From an uncultured Deinococcales bacterium (lineage in GTDB: Bacteria; Deinococcota; Deinococci; Deinococcales; JAAFIG01): DNA of 59,830 nt. Position numbers and translations under genes: made by a program. This document shows positions 44,652-54,000 of the stretch, one piece after another. The notes under the pieces are model-generated. The model had not been told where the DNA came from and did no database searches. It was given only the letters and a program-made list of their open reading frames with translations. Where the stretch lies: contig CAXTKV010000003.1 in assembly GCA_964244895.1 (NCBI GenBank), positions 1 through 59,830 on the forward strand, written 5' to 3'. Every line of letters starts with the position of its first letter. Positions within the stretch are counted from its first letter, which is position 1.

Positions 44652-45911
44652 TTACTTCACCCCCAGAAGGTCGATGGCCTTGAGCAAGGCAGCGTCCGTT
44701 CCTGCTACCAGCGCGGTCGCATCTTCGGGTACAGCCACGTCCGGCGCGACTTGCATCGGCCAGGGCGTGCCATCTGGGTTCAGAATCCGGTCGGTCGAGA
44801 CGTTGATGAAGTTTCCGTCGATCATTTCGGTGTCGCCGATGCTGACATCCAGGCTCGGCAACCCACCCGAGACGCCCAACTGCCCGGAGCTGGGTTCACC
44901 CACGACCTGGGCGCGCTTGGCGCGTTGCAGCAAGTAGGCCAGCATCTCGCCGTTGTGGGTGGTGTACTTGTTGACCAGCACGGTCACTTGGCCTTTCCAG
45001 GTCTGGAAAGCGCCGCCCTCGAATTGCGCGATGGGCAGGTTGCGGTTCTGCACCTGCTGGGCGATGGCGTTGCCCTGGAGAATGAAGTTGCGTTGACCGC
45101 CCTGGAAACGGTTCTTGTACGAAAACCCGATCTGGTCGGTGAAAGCCCTGGCCGCGAAGATCGATTCGGAATCGAAGCCCCACTCGTCGTCGCGCAAGTC
45201 CAGCACGATGCCCTTGTAGCTGTTGTTGTTGGCCTTGCGCACCAGCTGATGAATTTTCCGGGCGACCTCGCCAGCCCAGTAGTAATCGCTGATGTGAATT
45301 ACCATCACGCCCTTGGGCGCACCGTCCACCTCGGCGGGTTTCTGGCCTTCGTCGGCCACGGTAGCGGTCAGGTTGACGACCTGCGACGCACCCTTGCGCG
45401 AGACCTCGAGCGCGATCGCTTTGGCATTGAGTTCAGCCGCCATCAGGGCTTCCAGGCTGGCGGGTTTGCCGTCGATGGTTTTGATCAGGTCGCCGCGCTG
45501 CAGTTTGCCATCGGCGGGTTCACCGAGCATCACGCGCGCCACCAGCAGACCAGCCGGGGTGGCCCGGGTGAGGGCACCGATGCGCGGGCTGGAAGGCCCC
45601 TGGCCACCGGACAGCCGGTCGAAATCGTTGTTGATGATCTTGACGAACGGATCGCCGACGTTCTTGATGATTTCCTGGACGATCGGGATGGCTTTCTGGT
45701 AGGCGCAGTTGGCGTCTCCGGCGCAGGCCGCGTCGAGCTTGGCCTGGTACTGCTTGCGAAGGTCGCGGTAGTTGGCGACCTTGGCGGGGCCGGAGTAATA
45801 AAAACCGACGTAGAAGGTCGCCTGATTAAACAAGTCTTGCGCGGGGCTCGCCAGGGTGGGAGCCGCCCCGATGGCGGCGATGGCGATTGCAGCGATGATG
45901 GTTCTTCGCAT
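44652..45911 (-). CDS. S41 family pseudo-peptidase, paralog 5 (catalytic residues replaced)
   Basis: DPFV instead of DxH, DLRDDEWG instead of DxRxNPGG, TTHNGE instead of xxSxxE; AAGGAG RBS. Confidence 0.75.
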   Translation of the reverse strand: MRRTIIAAIAIAAIGAAPTLASPAQDLFNQATFYVGFYYSGPAKVANYRDLRKQYQAKLDAACAGDANCAYQKAIPIVQEIIKNVGDPFVKIINNDFDRLSGGQGPSSPRIGALTRATPAGLLVARVMLGEPADGKLQRGDLIKTIDGKPASLEALMAAELNAKAIALEVSRKGASQVVNLTATVADEGQKPAEVDGAPKGVMVIHISDYYWAGEVARKIHQLVRKANNNSYKGIVLDLRDDEWGFDSESIFAARAFTDQIGFSYKNRFQGGQRNFILQGNAIAQQVQNRNLPIAQFEGGAFQTWKGQVTVLVNKYTTHNGEMLAYLLQRAKRAQVVGEPSSGQLGVSGGLPSLDVSIGDTEMIDGNFINVSTDRILNPDGTPWPMQVAPDVAVPEDATALVAGTDAALLKAIDLLGVK

Positions 45912-46241
45912 TCGTTCTCCTTTGCGTGTTCAAGTTCGCCCTACGATAACGCCGGTCAACGAGAGGACTGTGAAAAAACGTCGCAATCGCCCCTCGGAAG
46001 CTCGCCCAGATCCCACCGTGGGCGGTCGGCTGCCAGGTATTTCAGTCGCTCGGGGTGTTCGTTCTCGAGAAGATCGTTCAGAACAGTCTTTTTATAACCA
46101 GAGATTTCGCGTGTGGGACGGTCTTCTCGGGTTCAGGCGCACGGTCTGAGCGCTTTAGGAGGCGATGCGGGGTTCTCGAGCCCACCCGTCGGATGCGGCT
46201 CATGCGAACGCCCTCTGACCCACACCATCCGGGTGACGGAT

Positions 46242-47615
46242 TCAAAAGTGCGCGAACCTGGGGATCTCCTCGCGCTGATGGGATCGGGGCTCGAGGCGGC
46301 TCAGGTTGCGGTTGCCGAGCGCGCGGACGGCGGTCTCGAGCACCAGGTCGCGTCCGGCGGCCAACGCGGCCAGGTCATCTCGGAGGCTCACGTCGGGCGC
46401 GACGCGCTCCGGAAAGGGCGCACCGGAAAGATCCAGGCTGCGGCCCAGACTGACCGCCATGGCGCTGCCGTCCGGCAGGGAGAACAGGCTGTTGGAGGTG
46501 TTGAGCGCCCCGAGCGTCGGCTCACCGAAGACCCTGGCGCGCCCAGCGTGTTGCAGCAGGTACGCCAGGTACTCCGGGGCGCTCTTGGCGACGGCGTTCG
46601 TCAGGATCGCCAGCGGCCCCGTCCAGCGTGCGACCTGCGGCACGACCCCGAATTCGGCCCGCCGACCCTGCGGATCGACCTGCACGAAACGTCCATCCTT
46701 GTATTCAAACAGGTAGCGTCCATCCCTGAATTCGTCCAGCAAGGCTGGGTGATCCATGAATGCGCCCGCCGCGCCCATCATCTCGGAGATCAGCCCGCCC
46801 GCGCTGTCGCGCACGTCCAGGATCAGGCCCCTGGCGTTGGCCTCGATCGCCTGCGCCACCAGCGCGTGAACCCGGCTGGCGACGCCACCGTTGGCCTTGA
46901 ACTGCGAGAGCGCGATGACTGCGATCCCATCGCTTCTCAGCTCGAGCTGCGGCGGCCAGGGTTGCAGCGGCACGGGCGAGATCTCGAGGGTCGAGGCGGA
47001 TTTTCCCGCGCGCCGCACCTGAAAGCGCATCGCTTCCGCCTCGCGCTCCGAGCGGTTGATCGCCTCGAGCGCCGCCTTAAAGGATGCAAACTGTCCGAGC
47101 GGCACGTCGCCCAGCGCCAGGATCGTGTCGCCGCGCCGCACGCCCGCGCGGTAGGCCGGGCCATTTTCCAGAACGCGTTTGACGACCAGCGCGCCCGCGT
47201 CCGGCAGGGCCGCCAACATCATCCCGAAGGACGCATCTTTTGAAACCAGGTTGCTGAAATCCCGGTTGACGGTGATCGACTGATCCGCCAGCAGCCGATA
47301 CGTGTGCGGGTCGTTCAGGCTCGAGACCATGTCCGAGACGATCTGCGAAGCCGCATCGAAGGGGCATTCGGAGCGTCCGGCGCAGATCGTCTCGAGGCGC
47401 GGCAGGAAGCGCGAGCGCAACGCGAGCGCATCGAGCTTCGAATAGCCGTAATAGTTCGTCTGAAGCGTCGTCAGCACCCGGTCGAACAACGATTCGGCGG
47501 GGCTCGGTTGCGTCTGCGAGAGCGCGAACGGCGAACCGAGCGCCACGATCACGACCAGACGCGCAAGACGCACGATCACCACCAGACGCGCCAGACGGGC
47601 GATGAAGGATTTCAT
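46242..47615 (-). CDS. S41 family peptidase with PDZ domain, paralog 6
   Basis: DPHT, DVRDSAGG, AKSAPE, GEPTLGAL. Confidence 0.83.
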   Translation of the reverse strand: MKSFIARLARLVVIVRLARLVVIVALGSPFALSQTQPSPAESLFDRVLTTLQTNYYGYSKLDALALRSRFLPRLETICAGRSECPFDAASQIVSDMVSSLNDPHTYRLLADQSITVNRDFSNLVSKDASFGMMLAALPDAGALVVKRVLENGPAYRAGVRRGDTILALGDVPLGQFASFKAALEAINRSEREAEAMRFQVRRAGKSASTLEISPVPLQPWPPQLELRSDGIAVIALSQFKANGGVASRVHALVAQAIEANARGLILDVRDSAGGLISEMMGAAGAFMDHPALLDEFRDGRYLFEYKDGRFVQVDPQGRRAEFGVVPQVARWTGPLAILTNAVAKSAPEYLAYLLQHAGRARVFGEPTLGALNTSNSLFSLPDGSAMAVSLGRSLDLSGAPFPERVAPDVSLRDDLAALAAGRDLVLETAVRALGNRNLSRLEPRSHQREEIPRFAHF

Positions 47616-47813
47616 CCTTGACAGTCTACCGATTCGGCAGCCCGTGTGCCTGAACGCACCGCACGAGATCCGCAGCCGCGCCCAACCGGGTTCAATTCAG
47701 GAAAGACCGTTCGGAACGGTCTTTCCTGAAATCAAAAACTGCGTGCCAGACGGTGTTTTTGTTGTATAGAGCCCGAAGAACGAGGCTCGAGACAGCGTTT
47801 GATACCGCCCGCC

Positions 47814-48401
47814 TCAGCCGCCCTGCACCAAAAACGCGTGCAGCAGATCGAAGGCCAGCAAAAACGCGCCCTGAACGATCACCGCCGCGCCGGAACCGCG
47901 CCAGGTGTCCTCCGGGCGCGACAGCAAGTACAGGCCGCCAGCCACGTACAGCACGTCCGCGCCCGCGTTGATCAAGAGCGTCGTCCTCAAGCCCGCCGGA
48001 TCGGGTTCCGAACCCAGCAAACCCGCGTACGCGATCCCGGTGTTGATCAAACCCCAGGCCGCGCTCATGCCCCAGAAGCCCTTCCAGTAGGCCTCGTTCG
48101 ATGCCCACAGACCGACAATGCCGACCCCGATCCACGGCAGCGACCAGGTCATCAAACGCAAACTGATCGATTGCCCCGCGTAACCCGGCGTCAACGGCCC
48201 GAACAAGAGCGTCAACGCGCCCGGTTTCTCGAGCGTCAGGCTCTGGCTTCTGGAAGTTTCCAGCACGGTCGGAACCGCGATCAGCGCAGGTGAAAATCCG
48301 AGCGCACCAGATGCGCTGAAGGCCGCCTCGAGGGTCTGCGCACCCGCGCTGGGAAACGCCAGGAACGATGCCAGGGCCACCACCAGCGCGCGGTATCTCA
48401 T
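47814..48401 (-). CDS. DUF6992-like membrane protein
   Basis: LLINAGADVLYVAGGLYL...GSGAAVIVQGAFLLAFD; TAGACT 7 nt upstream of ATG 48401. Confidence 0.55.
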   Translation of the reverse strand: MRYRALVVALASFLAFPSAGAQTLEAAFSASGALGFSPALIAVPTVLETSRSQSLTLEKPGALTLLFGPLTPGYAGQSISLRLMTWSLPWIGVGIVGLWASNEAYWKGFWGMSAAWGLINTGIAYAGLLGSEPDPAGLRTTLLINAGADVLYVAGGLYLLSRPEDTWRGSGAAVIVQGAFLLAFDLLHAFLVQGG

Positions 48402-48538
48402 GCGCTCGAGTCTAAGCCGCCCAGAACGCACAGCCTCGCATCAGGGCACACTGTTCCTCGAGACGACCCGTTTGTCACCCATTGCGACGCTCAGGGTCTT
48501 TCGCCGTTGAGCGGCTTGGAAGATCGACTGAGTAACGG

Positions 48539-48575
48539 CGAGGGATTCTTCGTCGCACCTCCTCAGAATGACGAC
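48539..48575 (-). repeat. GTCATTCTGAG...GAAGAATC-type intergenic repeat, copy 1
   Basis: Reverse complement closely matches 58649-58685. Confidence 0.55.
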
Positions 48576-48622
48576 AAGATGTAGCTCGCGCAGTCTCTCA
48601 GTGCGCAATCTCGCGCAGCCTC

Positions 48623-49882
48623 TCAGTGCGCAATCTCGCGCAACGCCGCCTCCAGCACCGCGTCCCGACCCATCGCGAGGGCGCTCAGGTCATCGCGCAC
48701 GGCCACGTCGGGCGTGATCGCGGCGGGGTGGGGCGCGCCATCCGGCGTGAACGATCGGGCGGAAGTCACGGCCAGCACGGACCCGTCCGGCAGGTTCGTC
48801 AAGGACGTGGCCGTGTTCAGCACGCCCGCCGTGGCTTCCCCGAAGACGCGGGCGCGTTTGGCGCGCTGAAGAAAGAAGGTCATGTATTCGGCGGCGCTGC
48901 GGGCCGTACCGTTGGTCAGTACCGCAAGCGGCCCGTCCCAGCGCGCCGGATCGTTGACCACGCGCGTGGTTTCGGGGCGTCCGGGAAAGGAAACGATGCC
49001 CGCGTTGTACTCGAGGCTGTACTCGCCGTTGCGGGATTGCACGCGCACCCCGAGCGGTTCGGTGAACGCGCCAGCCGCACCCAGGGCTTCGTCGGCCAGA
49101 CCGCCGCCGCTGTGCCGCACGTCCAGGATGATCGCTTTGGCGTCGGCGGTTTTTGCCTGACGCACCAGGTCGTGGACGCGGTTGGCGATTTGCTTGCCGG
49201 TGCGGAACTGGTAGGTCGTGATGATGCCAATTTTGCCGATGCTGGCATCGCGGAGTTCCAGGGTCGGCAACCACGGGCCGCGCAGGTGCGGCATCAGCTT
49301 CACTTCCCTGCGCGCGCCACCTCGGCTCGAGACGCTCAGGCTCAGGGTCGCCGCCTCGAGTTCCTGGGCCTGAATGGCTTCGATGGCGCTGGCCGGGTTG
49401 CCGAATTGCTCGAGCGATTGAGCGTTCAGCGCCCAGACGGTATCGCCGCGCCGCACGCCCGCGTTCCAGCCCGGTTCGCCTTCCAGGGCGCGCGTCACGA
49501 TCAGCGCGGGCGCGTCCGGCAGGGGCGCGAACTTCAAACCCAGGCTGGGCAGTGATGCGCCCGCGAAATCCGCGTCGGAAAGCTTGCGCGCCACGGGCGT
49601 CAATCTGAACGTGTGCCCATCCCCGACGGCGGCGGTCAGTTCGTCGATGACGCGTTCACCGATCTCGAAGCCGCACGGTTTGGCGGTGGCGCACAGTTCG
49701 TTCAGGCGGGCGTTGAACCTGGCGTAGAGCGCGTTCGCGTCCAATGGTTCGTAGCCGAAGTAGGTGGATTCGATCTGGCCGAAGGCCGTTTCAAACAGGT
49801 CTCGCGCCGGGCCGTTCGATTGCGCGACCACCGCGCCGGAAAGCACGCCCGCGATCAAGGCCGCGTGAAGGATGTAACGCAT
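48623..49882 (-). CDS. S41 family peptidase with PDZ domain, paralog 7
   Basis: DGHT, DVRHSGGG, ARSAAE, GEATAGVL. Confidence 0.83.
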   Translation of the reverse strand: MRYILHAALIAGVLSGAVVAQSNGPARDLFETAFGQIESTYFGYEPLDANALYARFNARLNELCATAKPCGFEIGERVIDELTAAVGDGHTFRLTPVARKLSDADFAGASLPSLGLKFAPLPDAPALIVTRALEGEPGWNAGVRRGDTVWALNAQSLEQFGNPASAIEAIQAQELEAATLSLSVSSRGGARREVKLMPHLRGPWLPTLELRDASIGKIGIITTYQFRTGKQIANRVHDLVRQAKTADAKAIILDVRHSGGGLADEALGAAGAFTEPLGVRVQSRNGEYSLEYNAGIVSFPGRPETTRVVNDPARWDGPLAVLTNGTARSAAEYMTFFLQRAKRARVFGEATAGVLNTATSLTNLPDGSVLAVTSARSFTPDGAPHPAAITPDVAVRDDLSALAMGRDAVLEAALREIAH

Positions 49883-50019
49883 GGCGGGAGTCTACGCAGA
49901 TCGGATTTGAGGGACGTGACCGACGCGCCATTTGCAGCGTGTTCTATGACGACACCGTCCCGGACGCGGCTTTAAGAACACCGTCCTGGACGGTGTTCTC
50001 GAGCGTTAGGCCTTCAGGC

Positions 50020-50832
50020 TCACGCGCTGGAACGCTTGCGCTTGAGCTTCAATGGCGGCGGCAAGTCCAGACCCCAGGATTGGATCATCTCCGGCGCGAC
50101 GCCCCAACTGAGCAGGTCGCGCAGATCGTCCGCGCCCAGGCCAGCGCTCGCCAGCACGTCCGGTCGGCGCTCGAGCGTGCGCCTCAGGGCTTGCTGGCGA
50201 CGCCAGCGCGCGACCGCCGCGTGGTTGCCGCCTTTCAGCACGTCCGGCACCGCCATCTCGTTCCAGACGGGCGGGCGGGTGTACTCCGGGTAATCCAGCA
50301 GCCCGCTCGAGCCGGAACCATCGGATAAACCGCTCGAGAAGCTGTCCGCGCGGTGAGAATCCTCGTCATTCAGCACGCCGGGAATCAGGCGGCTGACGGC
50401 TTCTATGACGCACACGGCGGCGGCTTCGCCGCCCATCATCACGAAATCGCCCAGGCTGATTTCTTTCGTGACCAACGATTCGGCGCGCGCGTCGAAGCCC
50501 TCGTAGCGACCGCACAGGAGCGCCACGTGGGGTTTCTTGGAAAGCTCCAGCGCGAGCGCCTGCGTGAATGGCGTCCCGGCGGGCGTCAGCATCACGACCT
50601 CACTGGCGTTCACGCCTTCGAGCGCGCGCGCGATCACGTCCACCCGCAAGACCATGCCCGCGCCGCCACCGTAAGGTGAATCGTCCACGGTGCGGTGCCT
50701 GTCGGTGGTGACGCTGCGGATGTCGCGCAGGTCGAATTCCAGCAAGCCGTTTTGCACGCCCCTGGCGATGATGGCTTCTCGAGTCCAGGGTTCCACCAGT
50801 TGCGGGAACAGCGTCAGCACCGTGAATTTCAC
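50020..50832 (-). CDS. trmD: tRNA (guanine-N1)-methyltransferase
   Basis: [10 protein letters not shown] start (GTG 50832), [42 protein letters not shown]. Confidence 0.95.
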   Translation of the reverse strand: MKFTVLTLFPQLVEPWTREAIIARGVQNGLLEFDLRDIRSVTTDRHRTVDDSPYGGGAGMVLRVDVIARALEGVNASEVVMLTPAGTPFTQALALELSKKPHVALLCGRYEGFDARAESLVTKEISLGDFVMMGGEAAAVCVIEAVSRLIPGVLNDEDSHRADSFSSGLSDGSGSSGLLDYPEYTRPPVWNEMAVPDVLKGGNHAAVARWRRQQALRRTLERRPDVLASAGLGADDLRDLLSWGVAPEMIQSWGLDLPPPLKLKRKRSSA

Positions 50833-51077
50833 GAAAGAAGCATATCTCGAGCGGTGCGAGCCCCGAGAACACCGTCCAGTACACGAGTTTAAGAATGCGT
50901 GCAGGACGGTGCTTCTAGAATCTCGAGGTGAAAGGCCGCCGCTCGAATATCGTGATGCCCGAGTCTTTCGTGATTGCCAATACGGGTCGCCCGAGACCAA
51001 CCCGCCGTATCCGACACGCAAGGCTCGAGACGAAACGAGGTCGAGGAATTCCATCCTCGACCTCGAGCGGTGCGGCT

Positions 51078-52373
51078 TTAAGGAGCCGTCGTGAACGACG
51101 TGGTGTTGGAACGGTACGTCAGGATCGGCGTGGTCGAGTTGATTAAGACCAATTCGATGTTGGCACCGACCGGGTCGGTCAGCGCGTTCGGTGGGAATGA
51201 CGCGTTCTGAAACGAACTGATTCCCCAGTTGTACGTGGCTGAAGCAGCCAACGTCCCGCCCAGAGCGGTGTAATCGGGCAGCGTCAGGGAAGTCAGGTTA
51301 CCGGGAAGGAACATCCTGATGTTCACGCCTGGGCCGCTCAAGGTGAAGAAGTACAGGTCTGCTCCGGTAACTGGTGACCAGGTGAAGGTCGGCAGTTTAC
51401 TGACGCCCGTCGAGCCATCGCTCGGCAGGCTGTTCTTGAGCACCACGGTCGAGGGGAAGGTCACGTTCGTCACGCCACCGCTGACGCCCGGCACGTAGTA
51501 CGCCACACGGTTGTTCGAGGCATCCCTGGCACCGACGCCGAACAGGCTACCTTCGGTCGGCACGCTGACGCTCGTACCGCTGGCGAGATTGCCGCTGCTG
51601 GGCGTGAACGACGCACCGTTGACCCTGACGGCCAACAGTTGCGCGCTTGGCGATGTCGTGTACGCCCCGAGGGTGTAATTGAAGGTGGTCGTACCGGAAG
51701 GAACGGTCGTATCCAGAGGGATGTTCAAACCGGATTGCCCGATCGTGCTCTGCAAGGTCACGCCAGCGCGCTTGCCCGTCTGAAGGTAAGCAAGTGTGGG
51801 CACCGTTCCTGATGTCCGCAGCGCCACCAGATCGGTGGTCTTGGTCGGCCCTCCGCCCCAACTGATGCTGCCCGTGTACGCCCCGGTGGTCGTGTTGCCG
51901 GAGATGCTGCCGAGCGCACCACCGTTGGCCGATACCATCAGGGTATCTCCGGCGGGCAGCGGGAAGGTCGGCCCGGTGATGTTCCCCGAGGCCGTGGTGC
52001 CATACACCGCTCCGGCGCTGCCGCTCGAGTCAATCTGCGGGTCGGCGCGGCTCAGACCACGGTATTCGACGATGGTCGATCCCGTTTTGGCGGTCAGCGT
52101 GTACGGCGTCGTGACGTTCGAGAAGCCGAATTGACCGCTCGCACCCGTCGTCGCGGGCGTGCCCGCGTTGTTCAACTGGACGCTGACGCCGGAAACCGGT
52201 GCGCCCGAACTGGTCACGACCGTTCCGGCCACGGTGATGGTCGCGGGCGGTGGCGGTGGTGCGGGCGGGCCGGGAGGCGGCGGAGGTGGTGGTGTCGGTG
52301 TGGGCGTCGGGCAGGCGGTCAGCACAGCAGCGCTCACCAGGGCCAGAAGACTGAACTTCCACAAGTTCATCAA
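51078..52373 (-). CDS. Pro-linker lipoprotein with carboxypeptidase-regulatory-like domain, paralog A
   Basis: Lipobox VLTAC, poly-Pro linker, [14 protein letters not shown], Ser/Thr/Gly-rich beta domains. Confidence 0.75.
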   Translation of the reverse strand: MMNLWKFSLLALVSAAVLTACPTPTPTPPPPPPPGPPAPPPPPATITVAGTVVTSSGAPVSGVSVQLNNAGTPATTGASGQFGFSNVTTPYTLTAKTGSTIVEYRGLSRADPQIDSSGSAGAVYGTTASGNITGPTFPLPAGDTLMVSANGGALGSISGNTTTGAYTGSISWGGGPTKTTDLVALRTSGTVPTLAYLQTGKRAGVTLQSTIGQSGLNIPLDTTVPSGTTTFNYTLGAYTTSPSAQLLAVRVNGASFTPSSGNLASGTSVSVPTEGSLFGVGARDASNNRVAYYVPGVSGGVTNVTFPSTVVLKNSLPSDGSTGVSKLPTFTWSPVTGADLYFFTLSGPGVNIRMFLPGNLTSLTLPDYTALGGTLAASATYNWGISSFQNASFPPNALTDPVGANIELVLINSTTPILTYRSNTTSFTTAP

Positions 52374-52552
52374 GACAACCTCCTCGAGCTGAAAGTGTTC
52401 AAGTCACAGTGTAGATCAAAGTCGAAACGCGGGGCTCGTGGGGTATCTCGAGCGAGAACACCGTCCTGCGCGCATTCTCAAGTTCGCGTGCAGGACGGTG
52501 TTCTTTGAAGGCTCGAGAAAAAGACGGTGCGATCTCAAGCTTCAGTCAGGTC

Positions 52553-53851
52553 TCAAGGGGCAGTCGTGAAGGTCGTGCTGGCGGAACCGAAGGCTTTGAT
52601 CGGCGTCGTGGAACCGTAAACGGTGAGGAGGATGTTTCCACTCGTCGGATCGGTGAGCGCATTCGGAACGAAGTTGGTATTTTGAATCGACGTGACCCTC
52701 AAGGTATACGCGGTGGAACCGGCCAATGGTGCACCGAGAGCGGTGTAGTCCGGCAAGGTCAAGCTGTTGACGTTGCCCGGCAAGAAGACCGTGTACTCCG
52801 TCGGGCCGCTCAAACCCACGACGTACAGATCCGCACCGGCCACCGGCGACCAGCTCAGCGTGGGGAGCTTGCTGACGCCTGTTGAACCATTGCTTGGAAG
52901 GCTGTTTTTCAAGGCGATCGTGGTTGGGAACGCGACGCTCGTGACGCCAGCTGCGACACCCGGCAGATACCATTCAGCTCGGTTTCCGGAACCATCTTGC
53001 CCTGTCACGGAGAAGAGGCTGCCTTCGTTCGGCACGCTGACCGCCGTTCCGCTGGCGATCGAACCGCCACCAAGCAGAAAAGTGGCGCTGTTGACCCGCA
53101 CCGAAAGCAAGGAAGCGCTCGAAGAAGACGTGTATGCACCCAGCGTGTAATTGAGCGTGGTGGAACCGGACGGAACCGCCGTGTCGAGCGGGATGTTCAG
53201 GCCAGTCTGCCCGATCCCTTTCGTCAGGGTGACGCCCGCCCGTTTGCCGGTCTGAAGGAACGAAAGCGTGGGCGAGGATCCCGATACGCGCAGTGCGACC
53301 AGGTCGGTGGTCTTGGTCGTGCTGCCGCCCCAGATCATGTTTCCCGTGTAGGCGGCGGTGGTGGTATTCGCATTGATCCCGCTCAGCGCACCGTTCGTCC
53401 CGGAGACAACCACGGCGTTTCCTGCGGGCAACGGGAAGGTTGGGCCGGTGATCGTACCCGCGATCGAGGCGGTACTCGTGATGCCGCCGAAACCGTTGCT
53501 CGAGAGCAGCGGGTCAGCGCGGGTCAGACCCCGGTATTCGACGATCGCGGCGGGGCTGGTGAACTTGGCGGTCAGCGTGTACGGCGTCGTCACATTGGAG
53601 AAATTGAACTTGCCCTGAACGTCCGTGGTGGCTGGCGTTCCAGCGTTGTTGAGTTGCACGCTGATCGCGGAAACTGGAGCGCCGGAGCTGTCGAGCACCG
53701 TTCCGGCCACATTAATGGTCGCGGGCGGTGGCGGTGGTGCGGGCGGGCCGGGAGGCGGCGGAGGTGGTGGTGTCGGTGTGGGCGTCGGGCAGGCGGTCAG
53801 CACAGCAGCGCTCACCAGGGCCAGAAGACTGAACTTCCACAGGTTCTTCAA
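52553..53851 (-). CDS. Pro-linker lipoprotein, paralog B
   Basis: Same architecture; shared [32 protein letters not shown]. Confidence 0.75.
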   Translation of the reverse strand: MKNLWKFSLLALVSAAVLTACPTPTPTPPPPPPPGPPAPPPPPATINVAGTVLDSSGAPVSAISVQLNNAGTPATTDVQGKFNFSNVTTPYTLTAKFTSPAAIVEYRGLTRADPLLSSNGFGGITSTASIAGTITGPTFPLPAGNAVVVSGTNGALSGINANTTTAAYTGNMIWGGSTTKTTDLVALRVSGSSPTLSFLQTGKRAGVTLTKGIGQTGLNIPLDTAVPSGSTTLNYTLGAYTSSSSASLLSVRVNSATFLLGGGSIASGTAVSVPNEGSLFSVTGQDGSGNRAEWYLPGVAAGVTSVAFPTTIALKNSLPSNGSTGVSKLPTLSWSPVAGADLYVVGLSGPTEYTVFLPGNVNSLTLPDYTALGAPLAGSTAYTLRVTSIQNTNFVPNALTDPTSGNILLTVYGSTTPIKAFGSASTTFTTAP

Positions 53852-53952
53852 GACAACCTCCTCGAGCTAAAAGTGTTCACGTCACAGTTTAAGCCATAAA
53901 CTGAAAAGAATGAACTTGATCAGTCGTATCTCGAGCGTGCATCAGTCAAACG

Positions 53953-53983
53953 CGAGGTCGGGAGTCTCGTACTCCCGACCTCG
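53953..53983. terminator. Hairpin downstream of paralog C
   Basis: CGAGGTCGGGAGT-ctcgt-ACTCCCGACCTCG. Confidence 0.55.
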
Positions 53984-54000
53984 AGCGCAAGCGTTTGAGT

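Noticed and set aside
40084-46097. Long plus-strand ORFs opposite the S41 array, and similar ones opposite crtI, ftsK, metX and the S8 gene
   Set aside because: Expected stop-poor antisense frames in high-GC coding DNA.
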